A stretch of DNA of 64,000 nt, from positions 186,001 through 250,000 of the forward strand of contig MCFH01000056.1 in NCBI GenBank assembly GCA_002104945.1, read 5' to 3'. The position numbers and the translations under genes were made by a program. The first letter of the stretch is position 1, and every line of letters begins with the position of its first letter. Shown in pieces: positions 1-11,744 of this stretch. Under the pieces are notes generated by a model. It was not told the DNA's origin and searched no databases. It saw only the letters and a list, made by a program, of their open reading frames with translations. Source of the DNA: Piromyces finnis finn. Its lineage: Eukaryota > Fungi > Neocallimastigomycota.

Positions 1-884
1 TTCTTTCTGCTTTATTTTTTCTTTTTACATTTGAAATATTTTTCTCTGCAATGAAGGAAGGATCCAAGTAAGTTAAGTTTTCGGTTTTCTGTTTATTGCT
101 TGAAGAGTTTTCTTGTTTCTGTTTAGTATTCCCTAATTTTTTATCAGTAACATTTTTAAAATTTAACTTAACAGAATCTTTCTTTATTTTATTAGTAACT
201 TCTAGATCATCCTCGATAGCCATCACGATATCGTCATTTTGATAAGTATCAGATGATATTCCATTATCAACCTTATTGTTATAATCATTATTTTTATTAT
301 TAGAATTACTATTGCTTTGATACTTTCCTTTGTTATCATTGTTAATATTACTATCATGGTTATTGATATTGTCTTCATACTTATCATCAATAATAATGTT
401 ATTATTATTACTATTGATAGACCTGTTTTCTTTTGTATTTGGAAAAGTAAGCTTAGGTAATTGGTTATTATGTTGCATAGCGTCAGTATGAATTGGAATA
501 GGATTGTCTTTTAACTTAGTTTTCCTTTTATCATTTTCATATGGTTTATTTCTACTATCTTTTTTTTTCTTTTCCTTTTCGTAATGCTACGGCAACCATT
601 TCTGGAATTTCTGTCATGGGGTAAGATGTTTGTTTATCATTTATACTCTCAGAGTTATTTATGGTTTGTATAGAACTACTATTAATTATATCTCCATTAA
701 TCTGATAATCCTTGCTTGACTTATTAATTACGTTTGAGTTATCATTGTTATTACCAAGGTAAGTATTATCATTGATAATAGACATAATATTGTTAGCATT
801 GTTGAGATTAGGCTCATTTTTTATAAATAACCTGTCGTTGGTTTGTTTATTGGAAGTTATCCTTCTTCCATTAATTAGTTTAAA
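1..884 (-). pseudogene. N-terminal low-complexity part of pol of LTR element E3, running off the window start
   Basis: The -1 frame after TTTAAAC (878-884) is open into ORF 555..785. After one extra base in the T9 run (560-568) the frame stays open to position 1. No catalytic motif is inside the window. Confidence 0.6.
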
Positions 885-1330
885 GGTTTATTTAATAAGC
901 CTTTTTCTTCCATTTCTGCAAGCTGTTTAAAGGAATAAGGACAATTAGGAGATTTATGTCCCTTTTGATTACACCTATAACACGTAAAATTTTTATTATT
1001 GCTATTATTATTATTATATTGATTATTGTTGTTGAGATTATTATACTGATCATTTCTATTAACATCATTATTATAGAAGTAGTTATTTCCGTTTAAGGAA
1101 TTATTCCTAGAGTATCCAGAGTTTCCAACTGTATTACCATTTCTTGTCAACATAACATTCGATTGACCAGCACCAGCAAAAGCATTCGGATTATACAAAT
1201 TTCTATTAATAGTACTATTTCCATTGAAATTAGATAAGTTAACATTATTATTCATATTCCTTCTTTTCCCATTATTAGTGAATCGCTTATAATTATTAAA
1301 ATTACGTTCATAAGGATTAAAAGTGGTATT
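875..1330 (-). pseudogene. gag: C-terminal part of E3 gag with CCHC zinc knuckle
   Basis: CYRCNQKGHKSPNC knuckle in ORF 875..1255. The frame is open up to the E1 LTR junction at 1330 and joins 10147..10877 in frame once E1 is removed. Confidence 0.8.
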
Positions 1331-1937
1331 TGTAATGTTGACACTAAAAGAATAGATTAGGATATCTATTCTATTACAATAACACTAAAATTAAAATAAA
1401 AATAAAAATTGTTTTATTAAAAAATATCATTTATTATAATAGAAATTTTATTAATAACAATTACATCGATCAAAATGATGAAAAATATCTTCTATTTATA
1501 TTTTTCCTAAATACATTTATATTTTATTATTACTATTTATTTCTTATATATTATTATTTAAAATCTACACTAAAATCTTAATTATTAATAAAATATTTAA
1601 ACTATAACTATTTTTAGTATAATACAATTGGCAATTCAAATCAAATACTATTTAATTTGAATATGTGCCCATGTATTATTGATATATTAATCATTTATTA
1701 TTTATCTATTTCTATAAAAAAACAATACTAAAACTAGGAATTTAAATTGAAAATATTAATTTACTTGTTAAACATTAAAAATAAATTAATAATTTATTTT
1801 GTTTTAAACTTTAATTATTAATAAATAAATTATGACTCATTTTCTTTTTCTGAATATAATTTGTGTAACTTAAACAATAATACTTGTGGCTTAAGTTACA
1901 TTGAAGATATCAAGCTGAGGCGTTTGATATCTTTACA
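1331..1937 (-). repeat. E1 3' LTR (607 bp)
   Basis: TGTAAAGATATC...CATTACA on the minus strand. Homologous to 6867-7470 and 10878-11482, but the most diverged of the three. Confidence 0.95.
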
Positions 1938-1973
1938 ATCTCTCTCTCTAAGTTGAGCTCCTGCGAGATTAAT

Positions 1974-4900
1974 TTATAAAGGATCCTTTCTCGAAGGAAT
2001 TTCAATTACAAATGGTTGGTATTTGTGTTTGATTAGATTACCAACTTTATTCTTTCTAATTTTCATGGAGGAGTCGCTCGACTTATGTGACTTTTTAGAG
2101 TTTCTTTCAAACTCTTGTATTAATTGTTTATCTGGAATCTGATCTTCAGAAATCCAAGTGGATTTGTCAAATCCTTTCCATGATAACTTATAAAATGTTT
2201 CACCATTAACAGATTTCATCTTTTCAATTTTCTCTGGAATTTTTTCAATTAAATCTGTGTTAAGGTGAATGTTTCTCTTACTACGATTAGACCTATCGTA
2301 AAATTTATTTTCAAAGTATGGTTCTAACAATGAGACATGAAAGACTAGATGATATCTCATTGTCTTTGGAAGTTTCAATTTGAAAGCGAGAGAACTAACT
2401 TTTCCAATTATCTCAAATGGGCCAAGCATTTGAGGTGCTAATTTTCTCTTTAGGTTAGTTCCAGGAGAATCTTTCAATAACCATACCTTCTTTCCCACTT
2501 CGAACTCCGGGGGAATCATTCTTTTCATATCGGCATTATTTCTTATGTTTCTTTTGCTTTTTCTAAGTTTTCTTTTAATAATTTAAAGTTTTCATTCATA
2601 TCAATTACTCTTTGTTCAGCTCTACTAGGTCTATCATTAGCTGGAATTTCTAAGCTGAACTTTGGATGAAAACCATAATTAGCAAAGAATGGGGATTGAT
2701 TTATAGATTGTTGTAAAGTATTATTATATGCAAATTCAGCAAATGGGATAAGATCAACCCAGTTATTCTGCTTTTTATTTATAAAACAACGGAAATATTG
2801 TTCTAATATGCCGTTCACCCTCTCCGTTTGACCATCTGTCTGCGGATGGTTGGCAGTTGATAATGAATGATTGATATTAAGAAGGTCACAAAGTCTTGAC
2901 CAAAAGTCAGAAGTAAATTGCGAGCCTCTATCAGAAATGATGGAATCAGGAAGACCATGCAAACGGAAGACATTAGCAATAAAAGCATCAGCAGCAATCG
3001 AAGCAGTAGGAAGACAACGTAAAGGAATGGCGTGAGCAAATTTAGTAAATCTATCGACAACAACCATGAGAGTTGTCATATCTCTGGACTTAGGAAGATC
3101 AACAATAAAATCAATAGAAATATCAGACCAGGGCCTACTGGGAGTGTCCAAAGGGGATAACAATCCATAAGGCTTATGTCTGGGGACTTTGGATTTGCAA
3201 CAAGTCACGCAAGATTTGATAAAAGATTTAACGTCTGAATGAAACCTTGGCCACCAAAAGTTTCTGGAAATCAGTTCAGTGGTTTTCTTAATACCGAAAT
3301 GACCAGCAGCAACAGAATCATGATGAAGTTCCAAAACTCTTGTCCTAAGAGATTTAGGAACATAAATAAGATTATTATATAGCAAAAATCCTTCATTATC
3401 AATAATAACTTTATCAATATTTTTAATAGGTGCATTAAATGCAGAACCATTCATTTTAAATTGGACAATAGAATTATACAAATCGTCATTTTTAAGTTCT
3501 AATAAAATAGAATCGATTAACGGTTTGTTATCGCTATGATGAAGCGAAATAGTAAGACAAGAAACATCAGAATTAATATTATTCACTAAATGGTCACTTC
3601 TACGAGACAGGATATCAGGCTTACCGGATTTCTTTCCAGCTCTATAAATGAGTTTAAAATCAAATCTGGATAAGAACAAATTCCATCTAATTTGTCTCTG
3701 AGATAACATTTCAGGTTTTCTAGGAAATGTTAAATTCTTGTGATCGGTATAAATTATGAACGGATGGCGTGCACCTTCTAAATAATGACGCCATTCTTCA
3801 AGAGCAACTATAATAGCTAAAAGTTCCTTATCATATATAGGATAGTTTCTTTGACAACTCGTCAAACTTTTAGAAAGAAATGCAATAGGATGTAATTTGC
3901 CATCAAATTCTTGAGAGAGAATAGCACCGACAGCATAATTACTAGCATCAGTTTCTACAATAAATTGTTTATTACTATCCGCATGTTTCAGAATAGGAGC
4001 TGACGTGAACAGAGTTTTTAATAAAATAAAAGCGTCCTGATCTTCTTTCACACAGTTAAAAGCAACATTTTTTCTAGTGAGTTTGTGAAGAGGGTTTGCA
4101 ATTTTAGCAAAGTCTTTAATAAAAATTCTGTAATAGTTGCATAAACCAATAAAAGACTGAACCTCTTTAACATTCTTGGGAACCGGCCAATCGAGAATTG
4201 CTTTAACTTTATTTTCATCCATTTGCAATCCATCCTTTGAAATGACATAACCAAGAAAAGTGGTTTTCTCAACATCAAACTCACATTTTTCTAATTTAAC
4301 ATAAAGATTATTTTCAAGTAGTTTCTTAAGTACCTTTTTAACATGTTCATGATGTTCTTCGTTATTATTAGAATAAATAAGAATATCATCAATATATGAG
4401 ATAACAAAATCGTCTAAATAGTCACTGAGAATATCGTTAATGAAGTGTTGGAAGATTGCAGGTGCATTCTTTAATCCAAAAGGCATAACCAGATATTCAA
4501 AATGTCCATATCTAGTAGGAAAAGCCGTTTTGTATTCGTCACCTTCTTTAATACGAACAAGATTATAGGCGGATTTAAGATCTAATTTAGTAAAAATCTT
4601 AGCATTTTTCACCCTATCCAAAAGGTCACTAATTAAAGGTAAAGGATATGAATTACGAATTGTAATATCATTCAACTTCCTATAATCGATACAAAGTCTT
4701 AGGGAGCCATCCTTCTTTTTAACAAATAGGATTGGGGCACCAGCAGGAGACGATGATTTCCTAATAAAACCTTTATTTAAATTATCATCAATATATTTTT
4801 TAAGTTCCTCTCTTTCAACTTCAGTTAATGGATACAAAGGTCCATAAAATAAAGTCGAATCATCTTTAAGTTTGATTTCACAATCATAAGGTCTATGAGG

Positions 4901-6562
4901 AGGTAACACTTCACAATTTTTTTCATTAAACACTTCACTAAATTCTAAATATTGGGTTGGTACGGCGACCAATTTATCTTTATTAATATCTTTTCCATTA
5001 TTATTATTATTACTACATGATTCATTATCATTATTACATGTTTCATTAATTTTTGTTACGATACATTTGACTTTTTTATTAAAACTAATATATTCATCAT
5101 CGCTATCATCTTCATCATTGATGGTTCTAACAAGGCAGCCTTTAACATATTCTTTTTCTTCATTGTTTGGGACAGAGGGATCTACTTTCGGCTTTTTGGT
5201 CAAGCTTCGGTCGAGAACATCATGATCTAACTGATCATTCTTTGACTTCTTTCTTGGTTTTCTCTTTCTTTTGCCTTTATTACAATGTCTGGCACAATAA
5301 CCAGAACTAAAAGCGATTTTCTTAGAGTCGTAGAAAGCATTTGGATTATGCTTCTTTATCCACGGCAAACCAAGAATAACATCAACACCGGGGACTTGTA
5401 ATCCATAAAGTTGAATTACTTCGAAGTGATTTTTGCAACGGAGCATGCACTTCTCAGTCCTTTCCCAAACACTAACAACTCCATCACTAACACCAGATAC
5501 ACGGAATGGTTCCACTTTTTCCAAATTAATACCAAGTTCTTCAGCAAGACTTGGATTAATGAAATTTAATTCAGAACCGGAATCAATTAAAACCTTAATT
5601 TTAACTTCCGAAACTTCATTGGTACTCAAGTAAAAGTCCACAAGGTTTAAATCACTTTTCACTCCCTTGACTCCAACTTTGTAAATTTTTGGATTAACAA
5701 TTTTTGGAGTCCTTTCTTTCACAATTCTTAACACTTTTCTGGGCTTTACTCTATTAGGACAATTAAATTTTAAATGTCCTGGCTGTTTACAAAGAAAACA
5801 TAACCCCTTTTTCTTTTCTTCTTCAAAATTGTCTATGTTTTCATTGTAATTTTTACTTGATCCTTGGATATTCACATACCTTTTGCGTTTATTTTCTCTA
5901 CTAATTCTAAATACATCCACATCCATAGGATCGTTAGCCCTTCTACCATTAAAATAAAATTCACTTAAAGAATTCCTTTTCATCATATCTTCAACTAAAA
6001 TAGTTGAAGAAATCAATTGTTCAATTGAAGTTGGGTTTGATTCAATGAAAGCCAACTTCTCCCTAAGTGGTGGTAATAAACCTTTCAGAAACATGTAGAT
6101 TTTTGCGCTATCATTAAAGCTTGAATTTTGGCTAATACGTTGAAACTCGGTAATGTAATCTAATACCTGACCAAGTTTCCTTTGGCGAAGATTATCTAAT
6201 TTTCCGTTAGCTACAACGGTATCGTATCTATAACTGCCAAAATTAGCCTTCAACCTATCTACAAATTCATCATAATGGTTTAAAACCCCACTATTATTCT
6301 TCATCAACACTGAAGCCCATTCCAAAGGTTTACCAGAGAAGTATGATATAACGAAGTCGACCTTGACTCGATCTGTATTATACAGTGTCGGTCGAGTACG
6401 AAATACCAACTCCACTCTAGTTAAAAATCCATCCAATTCACGTTGTTTACCAGAGAATATCGGTGGAGCATTAATAATGTTCCCCGAGTTCCCGGAAACA
6501 CCCACATTCCTATCACCCATTTCTAAATTCAAATTTTCAAATTCACTAATTAAACCCTCCAA
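1974..6562 (-). CDS. E1 single gag-pol polyprotein with one 1-nt frameshift near 2540
   Basis: Retrotransposon gag, CFLCKQPGHLKFNC knuckle, protease LIDSGS, RT YIDD, RNase H, integrase HHCC/DDE, then GPF motif and chromodomain (YKLSWKGFDKSTW) in ORF 1974..2528. Adding 1 nt restores KET-YKNNAD-MKR. The first ATG is at 6520 (the track start at 6562 is TTG). Confidence 0.93.
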
Positions 6563-6855
6563 CTTACTAAAATAAGTAAAATGTTTTCTTACTACTATTT
6601 CAAGTAAGTAATTTTTTTTTTAATTATTTACAAAAGATAATTTTAGTATATCAAACAATACAAAAGTTATTCAGACGCGTTCTGCAAAAGCAGTGTCGAA
6701 CAAGTTTTGTACTACTAATCAATCCTTAATGATTATTCTTGGTCCTTTCTTCCCACTCGGCGGCGGTAGATTCAATTTCAACCCAGTAGTTATTCCTTCT
6801 TTTTTCTTCTTTTACTCGGCGGTAGATACCCTAACGTATTCTTGGTTTTCGTTAG

Positions 6856-6866
6856 GTAATTGTTAT
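6856..6866 (-). promoter_or_regulatory. E1 primer-binding site, self-priming type
   Basis: ATAACAATTAC abuts the LTR, has no TGG, and is the exact complement of LTR nt 6989-6999. TATAAATA lies at 7027-7034 on the element strand. Confidence 0.85.
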
Positions 6867-7470
6867 TGTAATGTTGACACTAAAAGAATAGATTAAGATA
6901 TCTATTATATTACAATAACACTAAAATTAAAATAAAAATAAAAATTGTTTTATTAAAAATATCATTTATTATAATAGAAATTTTATTAATAACAATTACA
7001 TTGATAAAATGATGAAAAATATCTTCTATTTATATTTTTCCTAAATACATTTATATTTTATTATAACTATTTATTTAAAATATATTATTATTTAAAACCT
7101 ACACTAAAATCTTAATTATTAATAAAATATTTAAACTATAACTATTTTAGTAAAATTAAATAGGCAATTCAAATCAAATACTATTTAATTTGAATATGTG
7201 CCCATGTATTATTGATATATTAATCATTTATTATTTATCTATTTCTATAAAAAAACAATACTAAAACTAGGAATTTAAATTGAAAATATTAATTTACTTG
7301 TTAAACATTAAAAATAAATTAATAATTTATTTTGTTTTAAACTTTAATTATTAATAAATAAATTATGACTCATTTTCTTTTTCTGAATATAATTTGTGTA
7401 ACTTAAACAATAATACTTGTGGCTAAAGTTACATTAAAGATATCAAACAGAGGCGTTTGATATCTTTACA
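6867..7470 (-). repeat. E1 5' LTR (604 bp)
   Basis: TG...CA termini, followed by PBS and leader. Nearly identical to 10878-11482. Confidence 0.95.
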
Positions 7471-7786
7471 ATTTACAAGTATTAGTTAATGTTTAAAAAT
7501 ATAAAGTTTATTTAATTATAAAATTATATCATTATTTAATAACTCTAGTATTATTAAATAAAAAAAAAGTATGTTTTATATTCTAATTTTCTGGGATTAT
7601 TAGTAACCCTTTTAAAAATAAGTTTTATTATAAAATCATTTTTGAATTTAATATTTAAAAATATATATCTAATTTTTCGCTCTGGATTATTAGGAAAATC
7701 TTTTAAAATAAAGTAATTCTATCACTATTTATACAAAATTATTATTTTAAAGTATAATTATAAACAAATATAAACTATTTAATTTA

Positions 7787-7817
<31 letters not shown>

Positions 7818-7925
7818 TTTTACATTTATAATTTTTAATTTAATAATTTTATACATGTTAATTATTTTAATTTTTAACTATCTGTGTTTTAATATTAGTA
7901 TTATTATTATTATTATTATTATTAC

Positions 7926-8010
<85 letters not shown>

Positions 8011-8044
8011 AATTCATAATTTATAAATTTAATTATTTATCAAA
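7471..8044. repeat. AT-rich spacer F, copy 1, containing a (TAT)n tract at ~7898-8009
   Basis: Its reverse complement aligns with 29399-29867, with indels. Confidence 0.75.
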
Positions 8045-8049
8045 TGTAA

Positions 8050-8875
8050 TGTAAGAATTAATAATTATTTATTGAATAATTATTAATTCTTATTTAATTA
8101 TTTTTCTAATTATTAAATTAATTAATTATTTAAATTATTAGCATACATTCATTTAAATTACTATAAACATTTATTTATATTAATATTAATTATTCATTTA
8201 CTAAATTTAAGATTTATTTAATTATTATATTAATTAATTATTTATTTAATTTAGTAATTTATTTAAAATAATAGTAAACATTCATTTATTTTATTATTTA
8301 ATAATTTTTGTATTACATTTTATAAGAAACATTATGTATTTTATTTTACGTTTGTATTTTATATTTATGTATCGTATCTTGAAATAACCTATAGAAACAA
8401 CTAGAATATATAAATAAATATTAGGACAATCGGATATTAAGGTTTTTCCGAATTTTATTCGGTTTTACATAATATTACGATGATTGATATATTAGTTATC
8501 AATCGAATATCTTTTTTGGTTTTTCTTCTAGTCTTTTCCTAAAAAGATTATTTGTTAAGATTAGAAATTCTTTATTAAACTTTAAATTATTAAAAAATTA
8601 TAAATAAAAGAACTCTGGAATTCCACTAAAAAATCCAGAGCTATTATTATAAGAACTATTATAATAAATAACCTTTATTAAAAAAAATATTAATAAAATA
8701 TTTTAAATTAAATAACATTAAAAGTTTTGTGTTGTTTATTATACTTCCTTATAATAAACTCTTATTAAGATAAGTATAAAATTTTATTTTAACTTCTCAG
8801 TTTAATAATACTAATTATTATTAAATTGTAGATAATAATTATTATTATATAATATATATAATAATAATTATTACA
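8050..8875. mobile_element. Solo LTR family B, copy 1
   Basis: TGTAAG...TTACA, 826 bp, 5-bp TSD tgtaa (8045-8049 / 8876-8880). Inverted homolog at 25256-26080. Confidence 0.85.
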
Positions 8876-9371
8876 TGTAAGAAATATTTTTGGCTATAAG
8901 TTTGTCCACAAATATTTCAATTGAAACCATATATTCTGGTCACCATTTATTGGCCAGATATATGCATAACCATATATTAATGGTTATTAATTAAATAGGA
9001 AGTTTATTTGCTTTACCCAATCAAGTGGTAAAGAAAATAAACTAATATAGTTAAATAGTATAGCTAAAACTAACGTTAAATACTTTAGCGTTAGTATTAA
9101 AGTAAATTAATACCTATAATAATAAATAATGTATATAATTATAATTAATAAATAAAAGATATAATTAATATATAATTATTTAAGTAAACATTATCTCATA
9201 AAATCTTTATACGTTTGTTTATAATTATTTTAGTGTTATAATATTTATTTTATTTCTTTTATTATTTTTTATAAAGCTTTACTTAGTTATTAACTCGTAT
9301 AGAGAGGTAATGACTAACTTAATTAACTAAATTAATAACTTATTAACTAATAATATAAAAAACCTTTTACA
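8876..9371 (+). mobile_element. Solo LTR of E2
   Basis: TGTAAGAAATATT...CCTTTTACA, homologous to 11745-12239. Confidence 0.9.
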
Positions 9372-9983
9372 ATTAATATTGATACGTTACCACTATAAAA
9401 ATTATAATAACTTAGTATTTTTACCATAAAATATTATATTCATAAAGCAATAGGTTAGGATAATATAATTAATTATATACAAAAATGGTTATAATTAAAT
9501 AATTATTAAACTATTAATTTAGTAAAAGATTTCCAATCAAATAGTTAATATAATATTACTTTAATATAATATTCTATTATTTTAAAAGAAAAAAAAAAAT
9601 TTAAAAAGAGAGTAGAGGGAGTTTTTTTGAAAAAGAGGAAATAAAAAAAAAAAAAGAATTTATATCCTAATACTGTAAATTAGTATAATAATTATTTAAT
9701 AGGTTTAAATAGTTTTATATAGTTGATTAATACATTAGGTTTTTTTTTATTCTAATTGTAAAGTTATAATAAATTAAATTATTATAACACACAAAAAGAA
9801 AGAATTTAAAATAATAAAACAAAATTCAAAACTTATTTATTTACTTTATATTTTAATCTGAGTTATCCTTATTATTGTGTTATTCATATTAGAATATATT
9901 ATTTTATAATTCCCAACTTGCTTATCCTATTTAATATATTGATACTTGATTTATTCATATATAAAAAAAATCTGTATCAAAAT

Positions 9984-10000
9984 TGGTGGAGAATCCGGGC
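9984..10000 (+). promoter_or_regulatory. E3 primer-binding site (tRNA-Ala)
   Basis: TGGTGGAGAATCCGGGC is complementary to GCCCGGATTCTCCACCA, a tRNA-Ala-type 3' end. It sits 4 nt after the LTR-terminal CA. Confidence 0.8.
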
Positions 10001-10146
10001 CAAGCAAGATAAAATAATATGAAAATAATATTACTAAACCATAATAAAAAAAAATAATAACTCATTCAGATAATTTTATTTACTATAAAAATAATAATAA
10101 TAAATATATATAATATAATAAAAAAATATATTTAAAATTAAAAAAA

Positions 10147-10877
10147 ATGCTGGACGCTACTAAGTTACAGAGAGTTTTACCGCTACTTGATGATTATGGA
10201 AAGGACGTAGATAGCTGGATATATGAATTTTCCAGAACTATGGAGTTATATGATGTTACAGAACCAAGAAGAGTATTTACCTGGGCTAAAGAAGCTGTAA
10301 AAGAAGATATCCAGGGCGTTTTAAATTCATTAAAACAAAGAAGTGGCAATGAAATAAGATATCTTACTTTGAAAGAAATACAAAAAGCAATAGAAGACTA
10401 TTTGAAAGTCACTGAAAATGACAAATGTTCTATTCTTAAAGCTCTGAAAATTAATAATGGGGAAACAATAAAGAAGTTCAATTACAGACATAGAAAGCTT
10501 TATCACAGACTTAGCTTGGATTACAAGAAATTAATATCAGTGAAAGATTATACTAATGCTATTTCTTCTAGGGTCTTTCCACGTTCAAGAGTTATTATAG
10601 CTGAATGTGAAACTCTTAGCGAAGCTTATAAAATTACTGAAGTTGCTGAGGAGGCTGAAAAAGAAATACTCAGTGGGGAAACCTCGACAAATTTTAACAA
10701 TGGACCCAATATTATGTTTACTCAAGAGGCTCCAATTTCTAACCCTTTATTAAGTCATCCTTTCTACTATGAATTACAAGCTGCTCAGAATTATATTAAT
10801 TCAGCAACCAATAATGGACAAATGAACTTAGGAAATTATCAATCCAATTGGGTTAATGGAGATAAAAATTATACTAC
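10147..10877 (+). pseudogene. gag: N-terminal part of E3 gag
   Basis: 243-codon gag-like ORF downstream of LTR+PBS. The last residues in the ORF track are read-through into the E1 LTR. Confidence 0.75.
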
Positions 10878-11635
10878 TGTAAAGATATCAAACGCCTCAG
10901 CTTGATATCTTTAATGTAACTTTAGCCACAAGTATTATTGTTTAAGTTACACAAATTATATTCAGAAAAAGAAAATGAGACATAATTTATTTATTAATAA
11001 TTAAAGTTTAAAACAAAATAAATTATTAATTTATTTTTAATGTTTAACAAGTAAATTAATATTTTCAATTTAAATTCCTAGTTTTAGTATTGTTTTTTTA
11101 TAGAAATAGATAAATAATAAATGATTAATATATCAATAATACATGGGCACATATTCAAATTAAATAGTATTTGATTTGAATTGCCTATTTAATTTTACTA
11201 AAATAGTTATAGTTTAAATATTTTATTAATAATTAAGATTTTAGTGTAGGTTTTAAATAATAATATATTTTAAATAAATAGTTATAATAAAATATAAATG
11301 TATTTAGGAAAAATATAAATAGAAGATATTTTTCATCATTTTATCAATGTAATTGTTATTAATAAAATTTCTATTATAATAAATGATATTTTTTAATAAA
11401 ACAATTTTTATTTTTATTTTAATTTTAGTGTTATTGTAATAGAATAGATATCTTAATCTATTCTTTTAGTGTCAACATTACAATAACAATTACCTAACGA
11501 AAACCAAGAATACGTTAGGGTATCTACCGCCGAGTAAAAGAAGAAAAAAGAAGGAATAACTACTGGGTTGAAATTGAATCTACCGCCGCCGAGTGGGAAG
11601 AAAGGACCAAGAATAATCATTAAGGATTGATTAGT
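10878..11635 (+). mobile_element. 5' fragment of a second E1 copy (LTR 10878-11482, PBS 11483-11493, leader)
   Basis: Reverse complement of ~6714-7470. It breaks off 25 nt before the tRNA. Confidence 0.92.
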
Positions 11636-11660
11636 CATTTTCAGCTTATTATTTAGGCAA

Positions 11661-11734
11661 GCTCTGTTAGCTCAGTCGGTTAGAGCGTGGTGCTAATAAC
11701 GCCAAGGTCGCAGGTTCGACCCCTGCACAGAGCA
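11661..11734 (+). tRNA. tRNA-Ile (anticodon AAT), intronless
   Basis: Full cloverleaf: acceptor GCTCTGT/ACAGAGC, D GCTC/GAGC, anticodon stem TGGTG/CGCCA with loop CT-AAT-AA, T arm GCAGG TTCGACC CCTGC. Confidence 0.97.
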
Positions 11735-11744
11735 TAAAAAGCGT

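Larger units (their letters stand above)
1331..7470 (-). mobile_element. Ty3/gypsy chromovirus E1, full length
   Basis: Two TG...CA LTRs (1331-1937 and 6867-7470), PPT AGAGAGAGAG (1940-1949), domain order gag-PR-RT-RH-IN-chromo. Flanks gtatt/attta are not a TSD. Confidence 0.97.
9380..10877 (+). mobile_element. 5' part of LTR element E3: LTR 9380-9979, tRNA-Ala PBS, gag start
   Basis: TGATAC...GTATCA inverted termini, PBS at 9984-10000, gag ORF from 10147, interrupted by an E1 LTR at 10878. Confidence 0.85.
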
